NCBI GenBank assembly: GCA_002633005.1
Contig: NMRA01000297.1
Location: 170,737 to 234,736 of the forward strand
Source of the DNA: Phoronis australis
Taxonomy: Eukaryota; Animalia; Phoronida
DNA length: 64,000 nt
Direction: 5' to 3'
Part shown: positions 26,865 to 40,086 of the stretch, one piece after another
How positions within the stretch are numbered: position 1 is the first letter of the stretch
How the letters are laid out: each line of letters starts with the position of its first letter
Translations under genes and position numbers: made by a program
Notes under the pieces: generated by a model
The model's input: the letters and a program-made list of their open reading frames with translations, nothing else
Databases searched by the model: none
Told to the model about the DNA's origin: nothing

Positions 26865-27890
26865 ACTGTATGCGTTTGTGTACTGTGGGGACAAGTATTA
26901 GTGATGGCATACTGTTGTATAGTGTGTCTGTGTACCGTGGTGACAAGTATCAGTAATGCTATATTGTATTGTGCGTCTGTGTTCCATGATGACAAGTACA
27001 CGTATTACTGATGTTATACTGTTGTATAGTGCGTCTGTGTTCCATGGTGACAAGTATTATTGATGGTTTACTGTTGTTTTGTGTGTCTGTGTTCCGTGGT
27101 GACAATTATCACTAATGGTATACTGTTGTATTGTGTACCTGTGTACCGTGGTGACAAGTATTATTGATGATATACCGTTGTATTTGATGTTTGTGTTCTG
27201 TTGTGACATGAATCAGTAATGTTATACTGTTGTATTGTTTGTCTGTGTTCCGTGTTGACAAGTATGGTTGGTGGTGTACTGTTGTATTGGTGTCGGGGTA
27301 CCGTAGTGACAAGTATCAGTGATGGTATGTTGTTGTATTTTGTATTTGTGTACCGTGATGACAAGTATCAGTGATGGTATACTGTAGTATTGTGTGTATG
27401 TGTACTGTGAGACAATTATTAGTGATGTCATACTGTTGTATAGTGTGTCTGTGTACCGTGGTGACAAGTATCAGTAATGGTAAACTGTTGTATTGTGGGT
27501 CTGTGTTCCGTGGTGACAAATATTATTGATGGTATATTGTTGTATTGTGTGTTTTTGTTCCGTGGTGATAATTATCACTAAAGTTATACTGTTGTATTGG
27601 GTGTCTGTGTACCGTGGTGACAAGTATTATTGATGATATACCATTGTATTGTATGTCTGTGTTCCGTGATGACATGTATCAATGACGGTATACTGTTGTA
27701 TTGTGTGTCTGTGTTCCGTGATGACAAGTATTATTTATGGTATACTGTTGTACTGTGTGTCTGAGTACCGTGGTGAAAAGTATCAGTGATGGTATACTGT
27801 TGTAGTGTGTTGCTGTGTTCCGTGGTGTCAAGTACCAGTGATGGTATACTGTTATATAGTGTATCTATGTATCGAGATTGTGTATGTTCC
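26865..27890. repeat. 52-bp minisatellite, about 19 copies
   Basis: Unit TATACTGTTGTATTGTGTGTCTGTGTACCGTGGTGACAAGTATCAGTGATGG. Confidence 0.93.
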
Positions 27891-28233
27891 CATGTGTATT
27901 GTGGGAATTTGTAATCAGCCTAGTTCGTCCTCGTTCTTTTTTCTGCTATACTATGGCAAGCACGAGCAAGCCCGAATTAACGACACAGAAGAAATTAAGA
28001 AGTATCTTAAGCAAGCAATGCGACACCCAAAATATATGCTGTTTTGCTATGTGATGTCGTAGGATATAGCAGATCGCTGATTACCATAAATCCATGAACC
28101 GAACGGATTTGAGATACGCTATCTCGATGTTGAACTTGAAATGGCCTAGCAGAAAGACCCTAATGAAATAACATAAATTTAGTTTTTACTGTGTTAGACG
28201 GGGGAGGGTAGCATTGCGCCCCAGGTTATATAA

Positions 28234-28926
28234 ATCCGGGGTTCTCTTTGTCCCGGATTCTAAGTGTCCCCTCTTCCATTTGTCCCGGTGTTTGGCGTTA
28301 ATTGGACGCATGTGCAAGTTTTAGATACGGTCGCCATTTTAGGTCCAAAGGACAATTTTTAGGGGCTTATTTGATCCTGATATAAGGCAAAAATTGCCTT
28401 AATTAATTCTGATTTGCATGCAAAATTAGGTCAAAATTTGGCCTAATAGCATAAATTACATGCAAACATATCTTCAGAAACACGTGGCAGAATGTGAGGA
28501 TCTTAAGGTCGATTCTTATGTTCACCAGGGCGCTCAATTAATTTTTGACAATACGAGGTCATTTAAGGTAAACATCACGTGACAATGGCCCTATAAGAAC
28601 GCTATTTTTAGCCAAAATGTACCTAATAATCAAACGATAGGCATTTTGTGCAGGTTTTATAAAAATGCAATACTCGATCCAAATGGCCATTTTGAGTTGC
28701 CCTTTCAAACCTGATAAAAGGCGAAATAATTCGACTTTATTAAATGTAATTCAACCATAACTCTCAAACCATTTGGAGCTTCCGGAAGCTCTGAGGCTCG
28801 ATTCTATGTATACCTCTACAGGGGAGGGGGGGTCAATCAGAACTATCACACCGGGACACACAGAACCCCCGTCCGATGCACAGAAAACTTTAACACATTT
28901 AACCCGGGACACATTGAACCCGGGAT
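28234..28926. mobile_element. MITE with TGTCCCGG/CCGGGACA subterminal inverted repeats
   Basis: ATCCGGGGTTCTCTTTGTCCCGG at the left end versus CCGGGACACATTGAACCCGGGAT at the right end. No TSD resolved. Confidence 0.45.
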
Positions 28927-31900
28927 GGCCCAGTTAGGAAGATAGTCTGTTTGCAGTCAACCAGTTCAAGCCAATAGAATCAAAACATCGAAATATAAGT
29001 ATGCCGCTAAAATAAAACTGATGCCCTGCAACGAAATTAATCCGTTTTAAAAATAATATCCGTAATTAATTTATTTAGGGGCGGTTTTTCAGTAAATTGC
29101 ACATTTTTCTCTTAGATGTTTTATTTAGCCCGCTGTACAGTAACTGAACAGTGATTCTGTGACTACCTATTTTTTTGCATATTTGTAGTAAGCAAAGACC
29201 TAAATACAAAAAAATCTTCAAATGCAACGATAACTTAGAACTGAGTCGAACCCCCTTCAGCGTCAAGTAGACGGTCTTGCTTTTTAATGTTAATTTCGAA
29301 ATGCGATGCTTACCAAGTGCTCCTTAACGTGATGGATGTTTCTGATAAACCCACTGCGGTTACCGTCGCGAAGTCCTTCAAGCGCAAAGCAAATGTGTCG
29401 AAAGCAGTCTAAAACTTTCTAAAGATCCTTTTTGATGTCATCCTTGTGAAATTTCGCCGGACTGGCCTTGCGAGTTTTGGCGTCTCCCACAGGAAACTCG
29501 TACTATGCCGTCACTTGGCAACATACATGCTGGACCAGGGCCCAGACTGAATTACACGGGATCGGACTAGTCTCTCGAAAGAACTCAAGTGTTGAAACTC
29601 GGTCAGTGGAAGTATTTTCAGAACTCGGACCGTTGTCTTTTCAACTCGTGAGTGAGATATTCCTCTTTCTCACTTAATTTGACGAGGAAAAAAACCCTCA
29701 TGATGAGGACATTTGCTGTGGGGAATTATTTTGCTTTGCAGTGGTGGATGTAGACGCTATCTGTGGATTCCCGTCCACAGATAGCATCAGGAGGATGTGA
29801 CATACCCAGCTACTGTGGTTTGTTTGGATTTCTGTTCTCTTTTACAAGGATTTCGTATGCAATGCGTCGAATCAATTTCTTTTATGAACACTTGCTCTGA
29901 GGAATCACTGGAGCCCACCCTAAAGAGAAGTGAAAGTGAAAAGAGCAGACTTTCTCCCCCAACAAGCGCAAAGTGGTGGCCGTGGACGCTATCTGTGGAC
30001 AGAAACGCGGGCTTAAATGCCTACCTGGTGACTGTCCTTCGTCGCTTCAATTATTCCTGCGACGCGTTATGAAATATAGTAAATGTATGCAATCTGGGTG
30101 TGAAGACTACTTTATGTAGTAGACAACATTTGAGGGTCCAGATCCGGTCTACCTGCGGAATTACTAGGTTCTGTGGAGAGAGTTACATGAAGAAGCGGTG
30201 ACCGTGCACGACGCTATCTACAAATAGTAACTTCGTTATAATACCAGTTGTACGAATGTGGCTTACATAGCTAGGAACTTTTGCAACCTATTTCACTTGA
30301 ACTTGTACACAGAAGCAGCTGCACCATCGCACATGGTCATGGACGATATCTGTTAAATTTACTCTCAGTGTATCAACGATGCCAAATTGTTAAATCCATT
30401 CATTGACTACTTAAACAGCTAGGTACACATACCGTGGATAGTTTTTGTTCTTTTATTTCGGTGTCTTGAAGCTTTACTAGCCGCAATACTACATCTACGC
30501 TGTACAACTGTAGTGTTGTAGTCACTATGTCTTGGCTCAAATGACAATGAGACAAAACTTGTCGCCACTCAATTATACAAGGGAAAGTTAAGTTGGTGGT
30601 CTAGTTTTGGGAATACGTGACTTAGCCAAAGGCTGGTTTGTCGCCGAGGTTTTCTTAAGTTAAACCATAGACGCACAATGTACTGTTAGTTTCATATGTT
30701 CTACACGTTGTTAGCTTTAGGTCACTAACTATCAGATGAAAGAAAAGAAGACATTTTCGAAGAAGTGCAAAAGTGAACTTATTTTGCGCTTTGCTTATTT
30801 ACTGTAAAGTATAACTTGGGCATGGTCTATTCTGCACATGCTGTTATATACCCAAACCCTTTTGCTCGTTTTTCGTTCTCAATTAAACATATATTGGCAG
30901 TTACCCAATCTCGTCGAACAATCCGCTTTCTGCTTTTGTTAGCAACGGATGTTTATCGGGCAAAATTGAGTACTTTGGCAGAGTTCACATTTTCCCAGTG
31001 TTTTGAACTATCCATAACTTTACCTTCACCTTGGATAAGGCAAAAACACAATGTTCCAGAAATCAAAGAACCAGTGAGAATCCTACTGTATTATGAACCA
31101 TTGGATAACCGGTATTGCAAAATAACAGCCAGAACTAAATTAGTGCGCTTTGCTGAGATTATTTCTCTTCAAGCCTTATGTAAAATAACTGCGTAAGCAA
31201 TTCTACTTGTTTATGTATTCCCCAATCTCGAGAGGCTATTTGAGGATTTTCGTATTGAACCCCTAGTTATCGCGTACCGTAAGACTTCCATTTTTAATAA
31301 TAATATCTTACGCTCTGCGAGTTAAATTTGGCTTAGAAACCAAACTAGCGTTTTTGAAATAAATTGTGAAGTTTTCTTTTAAAAAAGGTTTCATTAATTA
31401 TTTCTACATGTATATACAGTAATTGCCACCTCTACCACAAATTGAACGAGTGAGGAAATACGCTGACATTCAACACGTATTGATAAACATCATCTTGTTG
31501 TTGGTTAATGTGACGTCCCTATCATCTGTATTCAAATGATTAAGTAACCGCCGCCATGAATGATGAACCGGTGTTTGCCAAGAAATTCTGATTGATTACT
31601 GATTATGATTCAGAGCACATTTTCAGACAAAGTTGAGAGTGAAATGAATTAGCTGGAGAGAAAACTAGGCAATATTTTTGCTATTAACCAGCGCTTTCTG
31701 TAATTGGTTAAGTCACTTAAATGGTTTTAGGTGTCTGACTGTCGTTTAAATAGCACTTTACAGTTTTCACTGCGCTTGTCCGGAAATTTTCGAAATAGGA
31801 ACAAAAACATTCAATCGTAGTCGGAAGAGGAGAACCTAAACATTCTGGTTTCTTTGAAAAACACAGTTTCTAATTAAGGTGACAATATTTTTAATTTAGA

Positions 31901-32502
31901 TAAAAGTAAATTCTGTTTTACCTGCTGCCCACTTTTGATTGTACTTTCTCCCCGAAGCGAGAAATTATCGAGTGAAGGTCAAGGCCCGTTGGTATGGGGA
32001 CTTAAGTACGTCTTTCAATTTGTGGTCATTATGATTGCTTCAAATGTATGAAAGTTCTCGGCAAAAACACCGTTGGTAGGTAAATAGACAACTGTTTTTC
32101 GCTTTCAGTATATGCCATTTTTTACACAGTTTTAAATCGATGCTTGGAAGCCCGCGTTCGGCAAATTTAAATTCGTGGGAAAACGACACTTGTCAGTTCT
32201 CAGAATTCTTCAATACTAAAGTGAACAATGTAAATTGGTTTATCACGAGAAGACAATACCTAGTGGTGATTCAGCTCGCCTGGGAAGAGGGAGTTCAATT
32301 TCGCTAGGATCTCGGTAGGACCTCCATTGAAAAGCAAGACTCATGAGATTACGCGAGATATTGCCGTGTATTTATACAAGAACACGTGATTTTGGCTAGA
32401 TTTTCGAGCTGCGAGGCAGCTACTGAATTGACGAGATATGTACTTAATAATATTTATTACGTTTTTCAGGTAACTAAATGTGCCACCAGAGAAGCCACAA
32501 CC

Positions 32503-33825
32503 ATGAACGACAACGATCACACGGTCCTTTACAACGTGGAACCCCTCCCTTCTCTATGTAGCTTCCCTCACACATCACTTTCTTATGACGCCATACTTGG
32601 AAACACAACTGCATGTACGACATCTGTGAGCAGCAACGTGAGTGATAAGGAAACTTACTGGCAATCAGTTGTAGCTGACGTCTTATACACTTACGTTCCT
32701 CCGATTATTGTAATCATCGGAACTATTGGAAATTCTTTGTCATTCTTAGTATCGCGTCGGCGATCTATGAAACGTTGTAGTGTTGGCTTTTGCCTCTCAT
32801 TTTTGGCCATATCGGATCTAGTCGCAGTGTATTTTGGGATAACTCGAAACTGGACCAAACACGTGTTCGGGTGGGACATCCGGTCCATAGATCAGAGCTT
32901 GTGCAAGATTCATCGTTACGTGCTGTATTGCAGCTTGGATTACTCCGCCTGGATATTAGTAGTTATCACCGTTGAACGTTTTATTTCTGTATGTTACCCA
33001 TTCAAGGCCAACACTCTCTGCTCTCTGTCCAAAACTAAAAAAGTTCTCGTCATACTAGCCATAACCATAGCCTCGGAAAATTTGGGCGTTTTCTTTGTGC
33101 GCGGAAAAGAAGTTCTCAGTGACGGTAACGTGACGCATTGCGGATATCCAAGTGTTACTGCTAAACATTATTGGACACAGGTGAGGCCATGGTGCGTCAT
33201 TGCTCTCTACGCGGTCATTCCTTTTACTATTATGATATTCTGCAGCATCCGTATCGTCTGGCGTTTGCGGAAAGCAAGAGCAGAAATGGCACTTCTGTTT
33301 TATCCAGAAAGCAAGTCCCAATCAACGCAATCACTCGACCGTCTTCACGTACCTAACGGCAACAGTCTCGTAGTCTGCGAGAGGCAAAAGAAAGGAGCGG
33401 TTTCGACGACTTTAAAAAGACATTTAGAATCGTATAAAATGTATTCCATGACTATTATGTCGCTAGTAGTTGCTGTTGTGTTTTTATGTCTTGTCATTCC
33501 AAGCCATTTAGAATTCTTTCTTGAAAGATATTGGAACAAGAAAGATGCTTTAGAATGGGCAAAGTTCCAAGCAGTTGAAGCCTTTACGAGGACGCTGCTG
33601 TACACTAATCATGCCATAAACTTTTTCGTGTACATGGCAAGTGGACGGAAATTTAGGCGGGAGTTTGTAAGGATGATTTTAAGAAAGGACGACTCTGCCA
33701 TGACTTCCAGTCAGGTGAATAGTGTTGTCTATAACACGGTGCGAATGACAAATCGGACCGCACTGGACAGAAGTCCGTGTACGACACCAATGTTAGGTGG
33801 GAGACGGGGCGCTGTAATAAGCTAG
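32503..33825 (+). CDS. Class A (rhodopsin-like) peptide-type GPCR, FMRFamide-receptor/GPR139-142-like, 440 aa, single coding exon
   Basis: Seven hydrophobic segments: TM1 GTIGN, TM2 LAISD, TM3 C..SAWILVVITVERFISVCYP, ECL2 Cys, TM5 VIPF, TM6 FLCLVIP, TM7 NHAINFFVY, then helix 8 KFRREF. N-terminal NxS/T sites. ATG in context gccacaaccATG, just downstream of a splice acceptor at 32468-32469. Confidence 0.93.
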   Translation: MNDNDHTVLYNVEPLPSLCSFPHTSLSYDAILGNTTACTTSVSSNVSDKETYWQSVVADVLYTYVPPIIVIIGTIGNSLSFLVSRRRSMKRCSVGFCLSFLAISDLVAVYFGITRNWTKHVFGWDIRSIDQSLCKIHRYVLYCSLDYSAWILVVITVERFISVCYPFKANTLCSLSKTKKVLVILAITIASENLGVFFVRGKEVLSDGNVTHCGYPSVTAKHYWTQVRPWCVIALYAVIPFTIMIFCSIRIVWRLRKARAEMALLFYPESKSQSTQSLDRLHVPNGNSLVVCERQKKGAVSTTLKRHLESYKMYSMTIMSLVVAVVFLCLVIPSHLEFFLERYWNKKDALEWAKFQAVEAFTRTLLYTNHAINFFVYMASGRKFRREFVRMILRKDDSAMTSSQVNSVVYNTVRMTNRTALDRSPCTTPMLGGRRGAVIS

Positions 33826-34125
33826 ATTTTTTGTTACGTCTAATTGCACGTTGTGACCATGTTCCCACACAAATTATTACTTAGCACAACTAGGCTGACG
33901 AATACGAGCGAGGGCATTCCATTGGCAGCTGATGAAACCGTAAAAGTGTCTTGATAAGATCTCCTACACGTATACCGTTACTGAAGCACGGGCGGCGCAC
34001 AATTTGAAAGAAATGAAGTTGTGACTTAGGACTGCTCTAGGACTCCGTGACGAACGCTCATTGTCTGGGCGCTCCTGATTGGATGGTGTTCATCTCGTCA
34101 TCTGACAGTGAACGCGGATGCATTC

Positions 34126-34131
34126 AATAAA
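34126..34131 (+). terminator. Candidate polyadenylation signal of the GPCR
   Basis: AATAAA 300 nt after the stop codon. A second lies at 34311-34316. Confidence 0.35.
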
Positions 34132-36479
34132 AAGGACGGAAAGTCTAACGCTACTTACATTAGGTCAGATATTGTAAGTGGCAAATCACAAGTTAAACTT
34201 TTGTTTTTAAAAAAGTGCTTAATGTGCCAATCTGTATAGTTCACATACACTGTCCTGTGGCATGAACTTCAGATTTTAGAAAGTTACCTTTGCTCAATTT
34301 TGCCGGTTTGAATAAATATGCTTGTCAGTGGCGAATTTAAGGAATGGGGGTGTAAGGGGGCCCCTTAAATTCTCCCAGAATCCATTTGGCAATTCGTGGG
34401 TACGAATGTCTGATGTGCAAAACTCTGACAAGGCAAGTCAATAGTCCACCGCCATGTTTGAGTAGTTGCTAGGAGTAATCACTTACACACTTAGTCCACG
34501 CCCACCATAGCTGTTTTCAAGTCCTACAAGCACAAAGCACATGTGGCGGAAATCCCGTAGCAACACAACAGATTTTGATTCCTGATTGGTTCGAATCCAC
34601 AGCTTACTTGAAAAGTCGAGTTATCCATTCAAATAACTCATGAGCCAAAGTCGGCAAACTCTCCTTATAATACATGTACACTTACCTGTCGTTGTACGAG
34701 TGATCTAGTTGTCAAATGTTCAAGTCATCGTATTAAGTTCCACCATAAAAATTGCTGGACACGGGTATTTCGTACTTTGTGCATCAAAACGAATTACGAT
34801 TTCCATCCGGGTGCACAGATCCTCAAAACCGCTTGTGGTTACATTCTCTAGCAAACATCGCGGAAAATGTAATTGGGTTCTCCCGAAAAAACCTGATCAG
34901 CTATAATTATTCATTGAGAATACAAGGATATGCTGCTTTGGGGTTTTTGAACCCAGATCAAAGATGATGGTTCATTTCGATGTTTAACATACAGAGTAAC
35001 CGCACTATACTTTGGTATTTATGCGCATTACTCGCCAAACTCGGGTCCACTAACTCAAAGGGAGGTTCCAGTCACAACCTGGTTCAGGAATCCGTATGCC
35101 GCTTCGCACTCGCTTCGGATTTCAAGGTCTACACGTACATGTACATGTATTTGGAAAGCATCTTTTGAAGCCACAGCAGGAGAACGACAAATAATGTTGT
35201 GATCGCCGCGAATCAGTGATTTTTCACACTTACTTCAATGAAATTATCAAAAAGAACCCAATAATTTTGTTCAAAAAACTAACCCTATCCTAACAAGCTT
35301 AAGACAGGCAAAACATTCTTCAAAATGAGACATTGAAAACAAGAGAGGAGCGGAAGTCTAAAAGAAGGAACTCTGTTCGATCCTGATACGCCCTATCTAC
35401 CTAAAGCAAGGTTTGCAAAGAGTAAACGTGCCCGAGAATTATTTGGACTCGTATTCGGGAGGTAAGTGCTTTCAACACAGTAGTATAATGCTCAAGTGAG
35501 CTTAGTTTTGTAAGGAAAATATATTTACTACTGCCAGGACCTGGTTGAACTAATTGTGGCGAACTGAGTAGTGCTGAACCAGTCCCAGCTATGTAAGGAG
35601 AGCAAAATGACTAAAATGGCAACAAAGAAAAAATCATTTAGCCTGAGAAATGATGGGACGGGACACTCAGAGGCGTGCTGGGCAATTTGTTACAGCGGGA
35701 AAAATCTTAGCTACAAAAAGGACGATAGATGGTGCTCTAGCGTTTACCCTGAAATGCGGTTGCCTGTTTTGTACTGGCGTCATTTTCATCACAGTTTCGA
35801 GGAGTAAGCGCAGATATCTACAGACAGCACTCGCTCAAATGAACACACTATCAAAAATATTTGTGTTGATCCTAAATTGGGGGACATCCAAGTAACGACA
35901 TATTGTCTACGGCACTTTTGTAAATTTAACCAATATTAGATTGTGACTAAAATGTTTACGTTAAAACCTGAAGTTGCAAATGAATATCTGAGGTGAGTGA
36001 GAAATCTGCTTAAAGCTGAGGTTGTCATGTATGAATGAGTTTCCCTTCATTTCCGCGAGTTGCTAAAATAATAGGTAAGAAAAAAAAACTTCAACAGTTT
36101 AATTTATTCATTACAGTAGACAGTGAAGCAAATAAATTGCTTAAGTCAAATACCCATGCAATTTGTAAAACTTTTCTAAATCGTTGACAGTTTTTAAGAC
36201 CGGTAAACTGTTTTAAAAAAACCGTCTACCGGTCTTAAATTCAGTGAAAAGTGACGTGAAATGACTACTTATTTTCTTAACAGATTGTAGAAAAGTAACG
36301 ACCTTTTGAAATTTAGTGAAAGCACGAATAGATTACGTAATAGAACATGTTGTCATGTTTCATTTTGTCTGACGTTCACTTGTAGTGAATCTTAGTGGCA
36401 TGGAACGCAAAAGCTCGTCAATAATAGCTTTTAGCACTTCCTGACGAAAGTACCGTCTCGTAACGTCTAGTGCAGACTA

Positions 36480-36918
36480 ATTAATTATCCCCTGAGAGGA
36501 GATTTCCCGAAAAAATCCCAAAATTCACCATTTTTGAAATACACGCGAAGGAAAAACCCTGTGGATACCATAGAGTTTCCAATCTCCATCCCACATGTGC
36601 GCATGCGCTCACGGTCAGTTGCTTAATGTCAAATCTCACTTATTCCATATCAAAGAAATGTGCTACGCCTTTGTTTTGCCTTACCAAATAAGGAGACGTG
36701 CTTTGTCTTGTGGGAGGAAATTCAACGAAGTGGCGAGTCCCTGATGACAGATAGCTTTTTTGGAAATTTGAAACTAAAAATGCTTTGGTATCAACAAAAC
36801 TAAAAATATTAACGGTCAAACCCTAGAAATACCTGGTGAGCAGGTTGAATTTTGTTTCAGTGGCAGAGAACCACTTTCAATATTGCAATTTAGTTCTCTT
36901 ATCGCGTTACAGACCTCT
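36480..36918 (+). mobile_element. Kolobok-like element K3 copy 2 (left end missing)
   Basis: Shares ttgaaatacacg.gaag.aaaa, gaaatgtgctacg, aaatacctggtgagca and tttcagtggcaga with K3 copy 1. Ends ACAGACCTCT|TTAA. Confidence 0.55.
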
Positions 36919-37638
36919 TTAAGAAAGATAATGCGGAAATTATGAATAAAAGATGACCAAGAACCTCACTTAAATATTACTCCCTACGTTGCGGAGCCGA
37001 GAGGCTCAATGTAATGGGGAATGATGACTGGCTCTTCCTTCATTGAAACTTTACAAACAATACTTTTAATATTTAGGGTGTAATGATCATTAATGAGAGG
37101 ATTCCCCTCTATGTATCACACATTTTTACACTTTCATCTTTGACCTTTTCAATAGACGTTCAGTCGAATTGTCCCTCTGTCATGTTTTCATACAGGCCAT
37201 TGCATGTACAACCATTCAGTAAAAACACAGCCATCGGTCTTTTTAAAACGGAAGAACAGAAACACATGCATTACATAAAAATGATGACTACGTTTTGCAC
37301 ATTATTTTTGTTGTTCAAATGCTTAGGTAGTTATAGAATTCGTAAATTTGAAAACAATCCAAGATTAGTTCTTTGCATTTGTGAAATTCTAACTAATTGG
37401 TTTTGCCTACATAAACTATAATTTATTTCCCAGCTGCAAGTATGGACGTTTCCTCCAAGTGAGGAATGTCACTGGTCCCGGTTCAAAGATTTGAAAACAT
37501 ATCATGTTTGTTTTCGACCAGACGCTTTCGATTGAACTTCCCACGTTCTGTGCATACGCATCGCCAGAATCTACCTAAAATATCATATAGTACAAGTGTA
37601 TACGGTGTCTCAGAAGTAATGGCACTCTAGTTTGAAGG

Positions 37639-37899
37639 CCTGCGCGCACCCGCGGGGGGACTCGGGGGGGCTCGAACGAGCCTCCCCATTTGGCGAAATG
37701 GGCAAAAAGATCAGCCTAAGAGAAAAAAAAAGAACTTAAAGAAATGGAAAACGCGAGCGAACTCCATTAAAAAGGCAGAACAAACAAAATTCGGCAAATG
37801 CACAATTCATAGCTCTGAACGTACCCCGTGAATCTTAATAAAAGGTAGACATTCTAAAAAATTTGAGCTCCCCATTTTTAGGCTTGGTGCCCGCGCGTG
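37639..37899 (-). mobile_element. MITE family A, diverged copy
   Basis: Termini CCTGCGCGCACCC / GCGCGTG, internal ccatttggcgaa..ggcaaaaag. Flanks GAAGG / GAATG (5 bp, 1 mismatch). Confidence 0.7.
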
Positions 37900-40086
37900 G
37901 AATGCGCACGCATATAATTGGGCACAAGGATCTTATAACAGCATTTGAATCATACACGTGTAATTTTTGAGCGATGAGAAATTTTGAAATTGGGATTTTC
38001 TTGAATTTTCGAATATGGCGACTCATATGGAGGGTTCCCACATGTCGACATGGAACACATGTAAGAAATATCACTTAATTTATTGTTGAAAAGAATTATA
38101 TATCAGCGTGTCACCGTACTGTAAAGTCTTTAAAGTTCTTCATGTCATCGGGATGTTGATGTCATGTTTGTTTCCAAATAACGAGAAACTTAATATAAAC
38201 CACTCGGTGAATGCAAACCTCTATCAAGTCCGGCTGCAAAGTTTCCTCCATCGTCAGGCCATTTCCTAGTGAATATGACGTCATTTTCACCTTTTGGACC
38301 AAATCAAACTGAATTAAAATTCCAAAATCAAAACAACGATTATAATTTGGCCAGATTTACATAGCGTTGTTAATCTCTAAGCACTTTCGAAAGTTATTGC
38401 GTGGCCATTGACCTTGTGAATCCCAAATCCTTCTCAACTCCCCGGGATTCCTCACAATAGGTGTAACCGTTGTCGGAGCTCACCGGTTAATAAAAACTCA
38501 AGTGCTAAATTGCCGCGGGGGGGTATCTGAGTCGTAAAAAATCCAATCCCTGCTAAATTTTTGAGAATGTGAAGTGACTACGCATTTTCATTTTGACGTG
38601 TGGGTCCAAATCGCGTCATAATATCAACAGTTACTGTACGTCATCACTAAACATCCGAATTGTTAGTAAGGTGCGTTTGAAAGGCTACTAAAAATGTTCA
38701 CTCTCATTTGCGCGGACACGTCGGAAAACAAACTTTTGATGAATGCACGTTCATAAATACACAGACACGACATCTTTAGAGATATTTGCGATTTTTAAAA
38801 TCATTGAACAAGAGAAATATTAATCGTGACTACCCGCTTTCTTTAGAATCTGAATCGCTGATTTCGATGTTCAAGCATATAAATCATACATGTACTCATA
38901 TATTACTGTTTTCAAAAAATGTCAACAAATTAAACGCAGTTGTCACTAAAGGCAATGACGTCTGCGTCACTTTTGAAACAATTAAGAAGTAAATCTTCAA
39001 GGCATCAAATAAATCCGGGACAAAAGTTTAAATTTTTTGTATCTCATTGTAATACTCATACATGTAGATGCATGTTACCATGACATTGACGTAAATGCAT
39101 TCCATATTATTAAAATTACGTTTGTATACATATACAACTAGGAAGCATAGCAAAGAAGATGAATTGCAGCGTTTAGGTGTAATAGTCAGCAGGCCCAAAC
39201 TTGAAGAGTTTATGAAATAAGAATTTTGACACATTCATGTTGAAGCAAGCGACACATATCACAGTTACTTAAACCTGTAATCGATCGTCATTTCCAGGAA
39301 ACTGGTAGGAAGCCTAGTGTTTTCACAATACAAAACGCTAAAATTGACTGTGCAAATATTTCACATTTTCTGAAGATTCAAATAATATTAGCTTACATTG
39401 TGGAAATAGGAAAGGTAACACTAAAACCCGCAGTAAAACATATACCCAGGTCGTGGCATTATAGGCGAAATATAATTTGATGGCACTGTGCCACAAAACT
39501 CTTCATTGATGCAAATTAACATTCGTTTTACTTTTCGGAATATAAATATCCCGCGCTAGTTCTCTTTCTCACTTCCGTCGACCAGGTGAACCTTACACCT
39601 TTTTACTTGCAAACTGGCCCCAATAAGTATTATGCGTTCTCTGGAACACTGGAAAACGCAGCAATCCCGAATATGCAACAATGGAGTTGTTTACGAATCT
39701 AAGTCCATAGCCTTTCCTCTCATATAAAGGCCATTCGCTATTTATTGTTTATCGTTATTGTCACCAACAGGAACTAGCAAGTTCGGAGTTCTTGACTCAA
39801 CTGGGTACGACAGACAATTCATGTAAAATTAGCAGAACTAACATTCAGCTTGCAGTTTTCATGAAATTACACATTTTCAGTCTAATACAATTACAAGTTT
39901 GCGAGCCAGTGATTTTAGTTTCTTTAGAGACACGTGTGTTTACCTAATGTCCAATGACAGCATGAGTGCCGAATACTGAAAAACAAAATACTAAAAATCA
40001 AAAAACACAAGTATTACACTTTTACAGATAGTCTTGTGGCTTCAACCGGCTTGGGTACCGTATTGGCATACATATGACGTCATATA

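Noticed and set aside
32386-32502. 39-aa N-terminal extension of the GPCR in the ORF track
   Set aside because: It starts at GTG and runs through a polypyrimidine tract and acceptor. The first in-frame ATG is 32503.
36193-36239. 47-bp hairpin TTTAAGACCGGTA..TACCGGTCTTAAA (similarly the 29753-29788 hairpin)
   Set aside because: Most simply collapsed MITE remnants; no evidence for a miRNA or other structured RNA.
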